In this document: piece by piece, positions 1 through 9,985 of the stretch
Position numbering within the stretch: the first letter of the stretch is position 1
Layout of the letters: every line of letters starts with the position of its first letter
From: Breznakia sp. PF5-3
Lineage (GTDB): Bacteria > Bacillota_I > Bacilli_A > Erysipelotrichales > Erysipelotrichaceae
DNA: 32,000 nt
Assembly: GCF_029504745.1 (NCBI RefSeq)
Contig: NZ_JAQFIQ010000027.1
Span: 1,418 to 33,417, forward strand
Direction: 5' to 3'
Notes under the pieces: model-generated
The model's database searches: none
The model's input: only the letters and a program-made list of their open reading frames with translations
What the model was told of the DNA's origin: nothing
Translations under genes and position numbers: made by a program

Positions 1-873
1 AGGAGCCCAAGCATAAAGAGCCTTCTTTAAATCAATAACTTCTTTTTGTGGTTCCACCTCTAGACGATATGCATCAGGAACAGGGTGCTTTTTACTATGA
101 TATTTCGCATAAGCAAAGGTTGTAATTAAAGAACAGACACTACCAACAATCACAGGTAATTCAGCACCAATGAAGCGAGCAACAAGGATTTCTGGCAAAA
201 TATATGAAATAGCTGATAATGTTGTTAATAGGGTTATACCTTTTAATGATTTGAATCCTTTTCCTGTTAAAATAACCATTAAGAAAGGAGATATAAAAAG
301 TAATGGTGTAGCTTGTATTGTTTGAACAAAACCCAAAATAATTGGATCTAAATGGGTTAGGTTTGAAAGCGTTACTGTGGGAATACCAATGGACCCAAAC
401 ATGGTTGGCATTCCATTGGCAATCAAACATACAAGAATTGCTTTTACGGGTTGAAATCCCAGTGCACATAACATACTTGCAGGAATAGCAATGGCAGTTC
501 CAAATCCAGCAATACCTTCAAGAAACCCTCCAAAACACCATCCAACAAGAAGCACTAAGATACGCTTATCATAACTAACAGAGGTAATCATTGATTTAAT
601 TGTATTCATCGCCCCAGAATAAACGGTTAGATTATATGTGAATACCGCAGCAATGATGACTAGGATGATGGGCCATAAAGCCATAGCAAAACCTTCCAAA
701 GCAGCACTACTGGCATCTAAAAGGGACATTTTCCACACTAAAATAGCAAGGAAAAAAGCAATTACAAGTGCTATGATACTTGCTTTAAAGCCTGCCATTT
801 TAAATTTTGTAAGTGCTATGATCAACCATATGATTGGAGCCAAAGCTAAAAGAAACATTAAAAATAGTTGCAT
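1..873 (-). CDS. lctP: L-lactate permease (LctP/LldP family), N-terminal 291 codons; gene runs off the left edge
   Basis: Absent from the ORF track because it has no stop in the window. Hand translation of the minus strand from ATG 873-871 (GGAG upstream) stays open to position 1: MQLFLMFLLALAPIIWLIIALTKFKMAGFKA...LWPIILVIIAAVFTYNL...LVGWCFGGFLEGIAGFGTAIAIPASML...ARFIGAELPVIVGSVCSLIT...ALYAWAP. These blocks match conserved LctP blocks remembered from E. coli LldP ([32 protein letters not shown], RAWTP). Confidence 0.85.
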   Translation of the reverse strand, partial: MQLFLMFLLALAPIIWLIIALTKFKMAGFKASIIALVIAFFLAILVWKMSLLDASSAALEGFAMALWPIILVIIAAVFTYNLTVYSGAMNTIKSMITSVSYDKRILVLLVGWCFGGFLEGIAGFGTAIAIPASMLCALGFQPVKAILVCLIANGMPTMFGSIGIPTVTLSNLTHLDPIILGFVQTIQATPLLFISPFLMVILTGKGFKSLKGITLLTTLSAISYILPEILVARFIGAELPVIVGSVCSLITTFAYAKYHSKKHPVPDAYRLEVEPQKEVIDLKKALYAWAP

Positions 874-990
874 ATATATTCTCCACAGTTTTTATTTTAG
901 AATGTAATTATAAAAAAGTCTAATTATATAACTATAAAATAAAACAATAAAAGAATTATACCATGATTTCTTTATGATGTAGAATGAAAG

Positions 991-999
991 TGGTATAAT
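991..999 (+). promoter_or_regulatory. extended -10 element (TGgTATAAT) upstream of tmk
   Basis: TGGTATAAT at 991-999, followed by SD GTGAGGT and ATG 1021. The -35 region is weak (TTTATG). Confidence 0.35.
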
Positions 1000-1020
1000 A
1001 AAAAAGAATGTGAGGTTGTT

Positions 1021-1644
1021 ATGAATAAAGGAAAATTTATTACGTTTGAAGGTAATGATGGTTGTGGGAAAACAACGATTTCAAATAGAGTATATAATCA
1101 ATTACTGGAAGATGGGTATGATGTTATTTTTACTCGTGAACCAGGTGGAATAGATATAGCAGAACAGATTAGAGAAGTGATTTTAAATCCTGAAAATACC
1201 GCTATGGATGCAAGATGTGAAGCACTGTTATATGCTGCAGCACGACGTCAACATTTGATTGAAAAGGTACTTCCAGCACTAGCTGATGGAAAAATTGTTA
1301 TCTGTGATCGGTTTATTGATTCATCCTTAGCTTATCAAGGCGCTGCTCGGGGTCTTGGAATGGATGAAATATATCAAATCAATGAATTTGCCATTGATGG
1401 GAATATGCCATATGCAACAATTTTATTACGGGTAGATGCCGAAACAGGATTAAAACGAATTGCATCTCGTAAAGATAAAGACCGTCTTGATGTAGAGGGA
1501 GAGAAATTTCATAAATTAGTTGCACAGGGATATGATGAAGTAGCAAAACGTTATCCACAACGCATTCATGTAATTGATGCAACTTTAGATGAAGATGAAG
1601 TTTTTAAAAATACATATATGCTAGTCAAGGAATTGGTGGAATAG
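1021..1644 (+). CDS. tmk: thymidylate kinase
   Basis: 207 aa with P-loop FITFEGNDGCGKTT, TREPGG and DRF.DSSLAYQG motifs typical of Tmk. Sits in the conserved tmk-holB context. Confidence 0.93.
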   Translation: MNKGKFITFEGNDGCGKTTISNRVYNQLLEDGYDVIFTREPGGIDIAEQIREVILNPENTAMDARCEALLYAAARRQHLIEKVLPALADGKIVICDRFIDSSLAYQGAARGLGMDEIYQINEFAIDGNMPYATILLRVDAETGLKRIASRKDKDRLDVEGEKFHKLVAQGYDEVAKRYPQRIHVIDATLDEDEVFKNTYMLVKELVE

Positions 1645-1645
1645 C

Positions 1646-2611
1646 ATGTTTCAAGAGGTATTAAAGGCAGAACATCCCCAAGTCTATACGATTTTAAAGA
1701 ATGCTTTATTAAATGATCGCTTAGCGCATGCATATATGTTTGTTGGTGATAAAGGTGCTCCTAAAAAAGAAACAGCATATTTATTAGCACAAAGCTTGGT
1801 ATGTGATGAAGAAGGATTTGGATGTGAACAATGTGATGCATGTTTACGTGTTCAACATAATAATTATGCGGATATGGTATATTTAGATGGTAGTGAAATA
1901 TCCATTAAGAAAGAAGATATCATTCGTTTAAAAAGTGAGTTTTCAAAGACCAACGTTGAACAAAAAGGAAAAAAAATATACATCATCGATGGTGCTGAAT
2001 ATGCAACAATCAGTGCATTAAATAGTTTGCTTACATTTTTAGAAGAACCAGATTCACAAACCATTGCCATCTTACTTGTGGAAAATAGTGATCGTATTTT
2101 GGATACAATTAAATCAAGGTGTCAAATGATTACTTTTCATAAGATGAATAAAGAAGAGTGTTTTATAAGAATTAAGGAAGAGTATGATATACTAGATGCA
2201 TATCTATTAAGTCATATAGGACTTCATCAAGATAAGCTAAAAGCGATGGAAGAAAGTGAAGAATATCAGCATGCACGTTATGTATTTAAAACATATATAG
2301 AAAAGTATTTAAAACATTATTTAGATGCTAGTGTGTTTCTTCAAAAAGATGGTTTTGCGAAAAGTAAAAGAGATCAAAAGCTTGTTCTTCATTATGTTTT
2401 GGATATGATGAATTTATTAGCAAAAGATGCACTTATACACAAACGAATCAAAGAAGCTTGGTATGATGAAATGCTAGAACTTATGGATGAGCACACAGCT
2501 GAACACATTTTAGTTGTAGCAAATAGAATCAAGGACAAAAATATAAAATCAGTAAATTTAAATTTATTGGTTGATCAATTTATATATGAAATGGAGGAAT
2601 ATGATGAGTAA
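1646..2611 (+). CDS. holB: DNA polymerase III delta' subunit
   Basis: 321 aa with N-terminal L.HAYMF.G..G motif, a Cys cluster (CDEEGFGCEQCDAC) and SRCQ. Lies immediately after tmk, as in most Bacillota. Confidence 0.85.
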   Translation: MFQEVLKAEHPQVYTILKNALLNDRLAHAYMFVGDKGAPKKETAYLLAQSLVCDEEGFGCEQCDACLRVQHNNYADMVYLDGSEISIKKEDIIRLKSEFSKTNVEQKGKKIYIIDGAEYATISALNSLLTFLEEPDSQTIAILLVENSDRILDTIKSRCQMITFHKMNKEECFIRIKEEYDILDAYLLSHIGLHQDKLKAMEESEEYQHARYVFKTYIEKYLKHYLDASVFLQKDGFAKSKRDQKLVLHYVLDMMNLLAKDALIHKRIKEAWYDEMLELMDEHTAEHILVVANRIKDKNIKSVNLNLLVDQFIYEMEEYDE

Positions 2612-3431
2612 AAATTATAACTTTACACATGTTGTTTCTGTAAGTTTTGATGAGAATGGAAGAACTTATACATTTGGTGCTGAATCATCAGATTTTGCAA
2701 ATGGTGAAAAAGTGGTAGTGGAAACAGTTCGTGGAATCGAGATGGCAACAGTATGTGGAGATGTCATAAAAATTGATGATTATCATAATAATTTAGAGTT
2801 AAAACCAGTTTTACGAAAAGCTAACAAAAAAGATCATCAGAATTATGAGCAAAACATTGAAAAAGCAAAAGAAGCAATGAAAATCTGTGACAATGAGATT
2901 AAAAAAATTGGTTTGGATATGAATTTAATCGAGGCCGAGTATACACTGGATCAAAGTAAAGTAACCTTTGTATATGTTTCGGAAGAACGGGTTGATTTTA
3001 GAGAGTTATTAAAAAGTCTAGCAACTATTTTTCACTGTCGTATAGAATTGCGTCAAATCGGACCTAGAAATAAGGCGAAGATGGTAGGTGGAATTGGACA
3101 ATGTGGACAAGAGTGTTGTTGTAGTCGGTTTATGAATGATTTTTCGATGGTTTCAATTAACATGGCAAAGAATCAAATGTTGGCATTGAATATCCAAAAA
3201 CTTTCAGGACAGTGTGGAAAGTTAAAATGTTGTTTGCGTTTTGAAGATGAATTATATAAAGAAATAAAAAAAGATCTACCAAAAATAAACTCAAGGATTG
3301 AATATAATGGGAAGCAATATCGCATTACTAGTTACAATGTCTTAATGCAACAGGTAAAGATTGAGAATAATGAAGATGTACAGTTTTTAGAATTTAGAGA
3401 TCTTTGGCCGGATATGAAATACTATGATTAA
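2601..3431 (+). CDS. ricT: PSP1-domain protein, stage 0 sporulation YaaT/RicT homolog
   Basis: Conserved position after holB. Has the PSP1-type core (CRIELRQIGPRNKAKMVGGIGQCGQECCCSRF...LSGQCGKLKCCLRFE). Start moved from track position 2571 to ATG 2601/2604, directly after SD GGAGG (2594-2598). Confidence 0.85.
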   Translation: MMSKNYNFTHVVSVSFDENGRTYTFGAESSDFANGEKVVVETVRGIEMATVCGDVIKIDDYHNNLELKPVLRKANKKDHQNYEQNIEKAKEAMKICDNEIKKIGLDMNLIEAEYTLDQSKVTFVYVSEERVDFRELLKSLATIFHCRIELRQIGPRNKAKMVGGIGQCGQECCCSRFMNDFSMVSINMAKNQMLALNIQKLSGQCGKLKCCLRFEDELYKEIKKDLPKINSRIEYNGKQYRITSYNVLMQQVKIENNEDVQFLEFRDLWPDMKYYD

Positions 3432-4275
3432 AAGACAAAAGAGTTTTCATAACACAGCTTCAACGTTATATTTAGTAGCAACGCCAATTGGGAATTTACA
3501 AGAGTTGACACCAAGAGCAATCGAGATTTTAAATCAGGTAGATATTATTGCTGCAGAGGATACAAGAAATACGATAAAGATGTTGAATTATTTTGATATA
3601 AAAACGAAATGTATTTCTCATCATCTACACAATGAAAAAGAAAGTATTAAAGGAATTCTTCAATTATTAGAAGATGGAAAAGATATAGCACTTGTTAGTG
3701 ATGCGGGTTATCCATTATTATCTGATCCAGGGCAAGAGTTAGTACAAAGAGTAATTGATGAAGAATATAATGTTGTCCCTATTTCGGGAAGCAGTGCAGC
3801 CTTAAATGCCCTTGTCGCAAGTGGTATCTGTGCGCAACCTTTCTTATTTTATGGTTTTTTGGATGCAAGCGAAAGTAAAAGAATGAAAGCATTGGTAGAA
3901 TTAGAAGATCTTCCCTATACAATTATTTTCTATGAAGCACCTCATCGAATTGAAAAAATGTTGCGGAGTTGTTTAGAAATATTAGGAAATCGTAAAATTT
4001 GTTTAGCACGTGAATTAACTAAAAAATATGAAGAATTCTTACGTGGAACGATTGAAGAAGTATTATCCGTTATTGATGAGGTAAAAGGAGAGATGGTCGT
4101 AATTGTAGAGGCTGTTGAAAAAGAGAAAGCAATTTTACCTGTTCCAATATTAAAAGAAAAAGTAGATAATTACATTGAAAGAGGATTCAGCAGTAAAGAA
4201 GCAATAAAAAAAGTAGCTCAAGAACAAGGGTTGTCTAAGAACTACTTATATCGTGAATATCATAATTTAAATTAA
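3424..4275 (+). CDS. rsmI: 16S rRNA (cytidine1402-2'-O)-methyltransferase
   Basis: 283 aa with LYLVATPIGNL.ELTPRA...L..VD.IAAEDTR and SDAGYPL.SDPG, typical of the RsmI tetrapyrrole-methylase fold. Overlaps the ricT stop by 8 nt. Confidence 0.9.
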   Translation: MIKRQKSFHNTASTLYLVATPIGNLQELTPRAIEILNQVDIIAAEDTRNTIKMLNYFDIKTKCISHHLHNEKESIKGILQLLEDGKDIALVSDAGYPLLSDPGQELVQRVIDEEYNVVPISGSSAALNALVASGICAQPFLFYGFLDASESKRMKALVELEDLPYTIIFYEAPHRIEKMLRSCLEILGNRKICLARELTKKYEEFLRGTIEEVLSVIDEVKGEMVVIVEAVEKEKAILPVPILKEKVDNYIERGFSSKEAIKKVAQEQGLSKNYLYREYHNLN

Positions 4276-4311
4276 CTATCTGGCTAATATACATAGTCAG
4301 ATAGTTTTTTT
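4274..4311 (+). terminator. hairpin plus T-run after rsmI (overlaps the 3' end of the convergent SEDS gene)
   Basis: AACTATCTG (4274-4282) pairs with CAGATAGTT (4298-4306), followed by TTTTTTT. Confidence 0.45.
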
Positions 4312-5507
4312 GCTTTTAGACTAGCATTCATAACGATTCCAAATGCAAGCATATATGATAATAGTGAAGATCCCCCTGATGAAATTAATGGGAGGGTAAT
4401 TCCCGTAATCGGGAAGAGACCGATTACCATTCCAATATTTTCTAGTTGTTGAATGATTAACATTCCTAAAAATCCAATAATCATTAATTTTTCAATATTA
4501 TTTTTACTTCGTGAGGCGATTAAGAATAATCGCAAATCCAAAGCGACACAAAGACCAACAATAAAGATACATCCTAAGAATCCAAAGTTCATCCCAATAG
4601 CTGCAAAGATAAAGTCAGTATGTGCTTCTGGAATACTGATGACATCAGCTTGAAAACCATGACCAGTTAAGCCACTAGAACCAAGGGATAAGATAGAAGA
4701 ATATAGTTGTAAACCAGCACTTGTTGAATATTGTTCTGGATATAGCCAACCATAGATTCGCTTTACTTTATAACTAGAACCGAATATTTTGGTAAATAGT
4801 GTTTGATTAAAATAGAATAAATAAAAGAATGTAACTAGTGCTACGACAACAAGAATGGTTCCAATAATAATCCATTCTCTACGAATACCAGAACATATTA
4901 CCATTAATAAAATAGTAAGAATGATAATAAGGAAAATCCCTGTATCTGGTTGCAATAGAATTAATGCTAATGGTGGTAATAGCCATTTTCCAAGTTTAAG
5001 GAAAAGTTGAATATCACTTTCAAAAGAATCTTCTCGTTTATCTTCGTTGTGATCTACAATCGTGTATGCAGATATGATAATAAGAATAACTTTCATGAAC
5101 TCCGACGGTTGGATCGTTCCAATGAAGGGGAACTCTAACCAAGCGGTGGCTCCATTAACCGTTTTTGCAAAGGGAAGTGTCATTCCTAAAAAACGTTGAA
5201 AAATATGTAAATCAAGAAATAAATATATTAGTAAAGCTAAAAAGATAAAATATCCGATTCTAGCAAAAGTATTAAGATTATCATTTCCTAGGTACATGAT
5301 GATAGCAATAACAATAATACCAATGATGTAAAATTGAATTTGTTTTCCTAAAATTCCATTGAATCCACCAGTAGGTACATAAGCAGGAACTAGTGGAAAG
5401 GCAGCATAAATTGCAATGATACTTGATATAAAAATCAACACTAGGATAATTGTAAGAATGAAATCAAACTTTTGCGGTTGACGGACTTTCGATAATTGTT
5501 GTTTCAT
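4284..5507 (-). CDS. SEDS-family cell-cycle/shape protein (FtsW/RodA/SpoVE)
   Basis: 407 aa polytopic membrane protein. The C-terminal part (LPITGITLPLISSGGSSLLS) is the SEDS signature. I cannot tell FtsW from RodA. Confidence 0.85.
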   Translation of the reverse strand: MKQQLSKVRQPQKFDFILTIILVLIFISSIIAIYAAFPLVPAYVPTGGFNGILGKQIQFYIIGIIVIAIIMYLGNDNLNTFARIGYFIFLALLIYLFLDLHIFQRFLGMTLPFAKTVNGATAWLEFPFIGTIQPSEFMKVILIIISAYTIVDHNEDKREDSFESDIQLFLKLGKWLLPPLALILLQPDTGIFLIIILTILLMVICSGIRREWIIIGTILVVVALVTFFYLFYFNQTLFTKIFGSSYKVKRIYGWLYPEQYSTSAGLQLYSSILSLGSSGLTGHGFQADVISIPEAHTDFIFAAIGMNFGFLGCIFIVGLCVALDLRLFLIASRSKNNIEKLMIIGFLGMLIIQQLENIGMVIGLFPITGITLPLISSGGSSLLSYMLAFGIVMNASLKAKKLSDYVY

Positions 5508-5926
5508 AAAATCTTCTCCATCATTCGATGCTCAATATCAGCATCTAAATATATATCACCATAGGCAATAAAACCATTTTTTTCATAAAAAGGAATTGCT
5601 ACAGTTTGTGCTCCTAAAACAAGTTTTTCAGCTTGTTCTTGATGAGCTATTTTTTCAATCTCCTTTAGCATAAATGAGCCACAGTGTTTATTACGAAATT
5701 CTTTTAACACAGCAACACGACCAACGTGCCAAGTTGTTCCATGACGAATGACACGACAAGTAGCAATTGGCTTATTGTCGCTGTAAACAAGGTATTGATT
5801 ACAGGTTTTGTCTTCTTCATCTAACTCGATCAGAGGATCAACACATTGTTCTTTGACAAATACTTTGATACGGATTTCCATAAGTGAAAAATATTCAAAT
5901 TGTGTAGTTGCTTTTGTGAATCTCAT
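5504..5926 (-). CDS. GNAT-family N-acetyltransferase
   Basis: 141 aa from ATG 5926-5924, preceded by a perfect SD AAGGAGG. Has a GNAT core (VGRVAVLKEFRNKHCGSFMLKEIEKIA...A..FYEKNGF). Its stop overlaps the SEDS start (ATGA). The track's longer 219-aa version runs over the opposite-strand promoter and M-box. Confidence 0.75.
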   Translation of the reverse strand: MRFTKATTQFEYFSLMEIRIKVFVKEQCVDPLIELDEEDKTCNQYLVYSDNKPIATCRVIRHGTTWHVGRVAVLKEFRNKHCGSFMLKEIEKIAHQEQAEKLVLGAQTVAIPFYEKNGFIAYGDIYLDADIEHRMMEKIL

Positions 5927-5948
5927 GGATTTCCTCCTTCTGAATTTT

Positions 5949-5978
5949 GCATATGTATATGGTATCACAGAAATGATT
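5949..5978. repeat. perfect 9-bp inverted repeat ATGGTATCA-N12-TGATACCAT in the divergent intergenic region
   Basis: Read directly from sequence. Lies 23 nt upstream of the GNAT start codon (minus strand) and 39 nt upstream of the mgtA-leader -35 (plus strand). Confidence 0.6.
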
Positions 5979-6016
5979 TTGATACCATGGTAGATATATA
6001 AAATCATGTGTAAAAG

Positions 6017-6045
6017 TTGACAAAGGAATATAGAGGTTATATAGT
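6017..6045 (+). promoter_or_regulatory. sigma-A-type promoter for the M-box/mgtA transcript
   Basis: TTGACA (6017-6022), 17-nt spacer, TATAGT (6040-6045). The riboswitch starts about 15 nt downstream. Confidence 0.6.
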
Positions 6046-6059
6046 ATAAACGTAATAGA

Positions 6060-6212
6060 AATACCCGGTAGGTGAGATTCCTACAAGGATACGGGCTACT
6101 GCCGCAAAATAGTGGAAACACTATTCGCTGGTCAACAGGTGTTATCGCATAAAAAGGTTTCATCTAATGTAGTTTCATCGCCTTGTAGAGTCAAAGCTCA
6201 AACGGTGGCGAT
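6060..6212 (+). promoter_or_regulatory. M-box (ykoK-type) Mg2+ riboswitch aptamer
   Basis: GGUAGGUGAGAUUCCUACAAGGAUACGGGCUACUGCCGCAAAAUAGUGGAAACACUAUUCGCUGGUCAACAG...GAGUCAAAGCUCAAACGG follows the B. subtilis mgtE M-box as I remember it (GUUAGGUGAGGCUCCU..UGGA.AUACGCUGCUGCCCAAAAAUGUC...GACGCUAAUGGGUCAACAG...GUGCUAAAGCUC). Sits upstream of a Mg-type P-type ATPase. Confidence 0.85.
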
Positions 6213-6221
6213 GTGATTTTT

Positions 6222-6260
6222 AATCCCATACTGCTTTTTGAGCGTGTGGGATTTTTATTT
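6222..6260 (+). terminator. intrinsic terminator, expression platform of the M-box
   Basis: AATCCCATA (6222-6230) pairs with TGTGGGATT (6245-6253, one G-U), followed by TTTTATTT. Confidence 0.75.
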
Positions 6261-6458
6261 GAAAAAGGAAACGAGGTGAAGAAAAATGGACGATGGTAGT
6301 GTGCTGAGAAAATATAAATATTTTATGATTTCAAAGAAAATGTCGAATACATTCGTCTATTTTCTTTGCGACAGTGTATAGATTAGTTTATGTTTTCATT
6401 GCAGACTATTGTTAAAACATTCCTATGAAATTAAAACGAAGAATAGGAGATGAGGACA

Positions 6459-9155
6459 ATGGCAAAAAGAATAAATAGAGCAAGTGAAGTTCGCTTACAA
6501 GAACACAAAGAAGCAATTAAAAACAGATTGTTGGAAGCTTCAAAAATGAATAATGATGAAGTGCTTCTTAAATATCATACAACAATGGATGGTTTAAGCG
6601 ACACACAGGTAGAAAAGAATGTGGAAATGTATGGAGAAAACATCATTTCTAAAAACAAAGAAGATTCGGTATTTAAAAGATTATATGATGCATTCATTAA
6701 TCCTTTTACAGTGATTTTGATTGTATTGGTTGGTGTATCTTTTTTAAGTGATGTAGTTTTGGCTGCACCAAAAGAAAGAGATTATACAACAATTATCATT
6801 ATTTCTTGTATGGTATTTATCAGCGGTATTTTAAGGTTTGTGCAAGAATCACGTTCAAATAATGCAGCAGAAAAATTAAATGAAATGATTGAGACAACTA
6901 CAAAAGTCAAACGGTTGAATGAACAAGAAAAAGAGATTCCACTTGATGAAATAGTAGTAGGAGATATTATTTATTTTTCAGCAGGAGATATGATTCCTGC
7001 TGATATGCGTGTACTTAACGCAAAAGATTTATTTGTAAACCAAGGATCATTAACAGGAGAAAGTGAACCTGTAGAAAAGTTTGCAAACAATAAAATAAAA
7101 GGAACACTTACTGAAACAAGCAATTTAATTTTTATGGGAAGTAATGTTGTAAGTGGTTCAGCAATTGGCGTGGTATTATCGGTAGGAGATGATACAACAT
7201 TTGGTTCCATTGTTGGAGATGTAAATCAAAAAGCCCCAGAAACAAGTTTTGAAATAGGAATTAATAAAGTTTCGTGGGTGTTAATTCGTTTCATGTTGGT
7301 TATGGTACCAATTGTTTTTGTGATTAATGGACTTACAAAAAATGATTGGTTACATGCCCTTATGTTTGCTATTTCAATTGCTGTGGGATTAACTCCAGAA
7401 ATGTTGCCAATGATTACAACGACATGTCTTGCAAAAGGTGCAGTAGCAATGTCAAAGAAGAAAGTGATTGTGAAAAACATGAATTCCATTCAAAATTTTG
7501 GTGCAATGGATATATTGTGTACAGATAAAACAGGAACAATAACGGTTGATAAAGTAGTATTGCAACATAATTTAGATGTACATGGAAATGAAGATGATCG
7601 TGTATTACGACATGCATTTTTAAATAGTTATTATCAAACAGGATTGAAAAATTTTATTGATTTAGCAATCATTAATAAAAGTAAGCAAAAGGATATTGAT
7701 GATATTGTAATTGATCGTTTTGAAAAAGTGGATGAAATTCCTTTTGATTTCAATCGTCGTAGAATGAGTGTTGTAGTTAGTGATAAAACCGGAAAAACAC
7801 AATTGATTACCAAAGGTGCAGTTGAAGAAATTCTTAGTGTATGTTCATTTGTTGAATATCATGGAGATGTACAACCAATTGACGAGAATATTAAGGATAA
7901 GGTATTAAAGGTTGTTGAGCAGTTGAATCATGAAGGAATGCGTGTAATTGCAGTTGCACAAAAGAGTAATCCTGCAGTGGTTGGTGCTTTTGAAACAAAA
8001 GATGAAAAGGATATGGTATTAATTGGATATTTGGCATTTTTAGACCCGCCAAAGGAAACAACAAAAGAATCCATTCGAACGCTTGTTGAGTATGGAGTAG
8101 AAGTAAAAGTTCTTACTGGCGATAACGATATGGTTACGAAAAGTATCTGTAGACAAGTAGGTATTGATGTTAAAGAGGTTATTTTGGGTAGTGATTTAGA
8201 TGAAATGAGTGATGAAGAAGTTAAGAAGGAAGTTAAACATGTTGATGTATTCGCAAAATTATCACCATCACAAAAAGCAAGGTTAGTAAAACTAATGAAA
8301 GACAATGGAAATGTTGTTGGCTTTATGGGAGATGGCATCAATGATGCTCCAGCGATGAACCAATCAGATATTGGAATTTCGGTAGATACAGCAGTAGATA
8401 TCGCAAAAGAATCAGCAGATATTATTCTATTAGAAAAAGATTTGATGGTTCTTGAAGAAGGTATTATCGAAGGACGAAAAACATATGGAAATATGATTAA
8501 ATACATTAAGATGACAGCAAGTTCAAACTTTGGAAATATGTTTTCGGTTTTGGTTGCTAGTGCCTTTTTACCATTTTTACCAATGAGTGCAGTACAGTTG
8601 ATTTTCTTAAACTTAATATATGACTTATCTTGTACAGCAATTCCTTGGGATAATGTGGATCTTGAATATCTTAAAAAACCAAGAGATTGGAATGCAGATG
8701 GAATTGCAAGTTTTATGAAGTGGATTGGACCTACTAGTTCCATTTTTGATATTACTACTTACATATTATTATATTTTGTAGTATGTCCTGCTGTAACAGG
8801 AGGATTATTATTCCATCAAATAAGTGATCCAAATATACAACTACAGTATATCGCAGTATTTCAAACAGGATGGTTAATTGAATCTATATGGACACAAACC
8901 TTGGTTATTCATATGATTCGAACACCAAAGATTCCTTTTTTCCAAAGTAGAGCATCACTTATGGTTGGTGTATTTACAAGTATATCAATAGTTGTGGTAA
9001 CGGTTATTCCATATACTATTATAGGAGAAATGTTACATCTTACTCCATTACCATTGCTATATTATGGTTGGTTATTATTAACGATAGTATTATATATGGT
9101 TTTGGTTACGATTGTGAAAAAATACTATATTAAAAAGCACGGTGAACTATTATAA
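6459..9155 (+). CDS. mgtA: magnesium-translocating P-type ATPase (MgtA/MgtB family)
   Basis: About 898 aa with P-type motifs [14 protein letters not shown], MxGDGxNDAPA ([12 protein letters not shown]) and an MgtA-like size and N-terminus. An M-box lies upstream. Start placed at ATG 6459 (9 nt after AGGAG 6445-6449) rather than 6450, which abuts the SD. Confidence 0.85.
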   Translation: MAKRINRASEVRLQEHKEAIKNRLLEASKMNNDEVLLKYHTTMDGLSDTQVEKNVEMYGENIISKNKEDSVFKRLYDAFINPFTVILIVLVGVSFLSDVVLAAPKERDYTTIIIISCMVFISGILRFVQESRSNNAAEKLNEMIETTTKVKRLNEQEKEIPLDEIVVGDIIYFSAGDMIPADMRVLNAKDLFVNQGSLTGESEPVEKFANNKIKGTLTETSNLIFMGSNVVSGSAIGVVLSVGDDTTFGSIVGDVNQKAPETSFEIGINKVSWVLIRFMLVMVPIVFVINGLTKNDWLHALMFAISIAVGLTPEMLPMITTTCLAKGAVAMSKKKVIVKNMNSIQNFGAMDILCTDKTGTITVDKVVLQHNLDVHGNEDDRVLRHAFLNSYYQTGLKNFIDLAIINKSKQKDIDDIVIDRFEKVDEIPFDFNRRRMSVVVSDKTGKTQLITKGAVEEILSVCSFVEYHGDVQPIDENIKDKVLKVVEQLNHEGMRVIAVAQKSNPAVVGAFETKDEKDMVLIGYLAFLDPPKETTKESIRTLVEYGVEVKVLTGDNDMVTKSICRQVGIDVKEVILGSDLDEMSDEEVKKEVKHVDVFAKLSPSQKARLVKLMKDNGNVVGFMGDGINDAPAMNQSDIGISVDTAVDIAKESADIILLEKDLMVLEEGIIEGRKTYGNMIKYIKMTASSNFGNMFSVLVASAFLPFLPMSAVQLIFLNLIYDLSCTAIPWDNVDLEYLKKPRDWNADGIASFMKWIGPTSSIFDITTYILLYFVVCPAVTGGLLFHQISDPNIQLQYIAVFQTGWLIESIWTQTLVIHMIRTPKIPFFQSRASLMVGVFTSISIVVVTVIPYTIIGEMLHLTPLPLLYYGWLLLTIVLYMVLVTIVKKYYIKKHGELL

Positions 9156-9304
9156 AAGCTGATGATTTTATAGTATAAGTTTTATATTGGAGATATATAG
9201 CATATAATAAAAGAACAAAATGCTCTTTTATTATAACTTTTTCTCTTAAATTACTTAATAATAAAATGTTTAGAGTATATAATAGTAGTGAGGTAAGATA
9301 CAGT

Positions 9305-9985
9305 ATGAAAAAAATATTAATCATTGAAGACGAAGCGAGTATTAGAAAACTGGTTGCATATGATTTAAAACAAGTAGGTTATGATGTATATGAAGCAGAA
9401 GATGGATTGCAAGCAAAGGAAATGATAGAGAATGATACTTATGATTTGCTTTTAATCGATTGGATGATTCCCCATATAAGTGGAATCGAATTGGTTAAAC
9501 ATTTTCGTGCAAGAGATGTACATAGCGTTTTTATAATGCTGACAGCAAAAGATGAAGAAGAAAATATTCTTGAAGCGTTTGAAGCAGGTGTAGATGATTA
9601 TGTTTCAAAACCTTTTTCGCCTCGTGTATTGTTAGCACGTATTAACTCACATTTAAAAAATAAAGAAAGCACTAGTAGCAATGTATTCGCAGATCTTGAG
9701 ATTGATGAAAAGAAACGAAAGGTTATGATTGGGAATGAAGAGTTGATTCTAACCAAAAAAGAGTATGATCTTTTATGTTACTTTATTATGAATGCAAACA
9801 TTGTATTATCTAGAGATCAGATTTTAAATGATATTTGGGGATTTGATTATGATGGAGATACAAGAATTGTAGATGTTCATACATTTAAATTGCGTAGCAA
9901 ATTAAAAGAAAGTCAAGTTGAAATCAACTCGAGTCGAGGAGTTGGATATATTTTGGAGGAAAAGAATGAAGAAAGAAAGGATTAG
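9305..9985 (+). CDS. phoP: OmpR/PhoB-family response regulator, PhoP-like by context
   Basis: Receiver domain (KILIIEDE...DLLLIDWMIP...LTAK) plus winged-helix output (LTKKEYDLL...VDVH...LR.KL...RGVGY). Start at ATG 9305 after GAGGT. Lies directly upstream of an HK and the pst operon. Confidence 0.65.
   Translation: MKKILIIEDEASIRKLVAYDLKQVGYDVYEAEDGLQAKEMIENDTYDLLLIDWMIPHISGIELVKHFRARDVHSVFIMLTAKDEEENILEAFEAGVDDYVSKPFSPRVLLARINSHLKNKESTSSNVFADLEIDEKKRKVMIGNEELILTKKEYDLLCYFIMNANIVLSRDQILNDIWGFDYDGDTRIVDVHTFKLRSKLKESQVEINSSRGVGYILEEKNEERKD

Noticed and set aside
161-907. Track ORFs 161-469 (-) and 638-907 (+).
   Set aside because: Both are out-of-frame or antisense overlaps of the lactate permease gene. 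That gene reads open from 873 to 1 on the minus strand and carries the family motifs.
5927-6163. N-terminal 79-codon extension of the GNAT ORF given in the track (5504-6163).
   Set aside because: The extension runs across the opposite-strand promoter and the start of the M-box. A perfect AAGGAGG SD precedes the internal ATG at 5926, and the GNAT fold is complete from there.
7928-8743. 271-aa ORF antisense to mgtA. Shorter antisense or out-of-frame ORFs lie at 6971-7210, 7226-7489, 7346-7528 and 7414-7617.
   Set aside because: It is entirely inside a strongly supported P-type ATPase gene on the other strand. The peptide is Ser/Ile/Phe/Thr-rich low complexity with no motif and no SD. Long stop-free antisense frames are expected opposite coding DNA with this codon bias.
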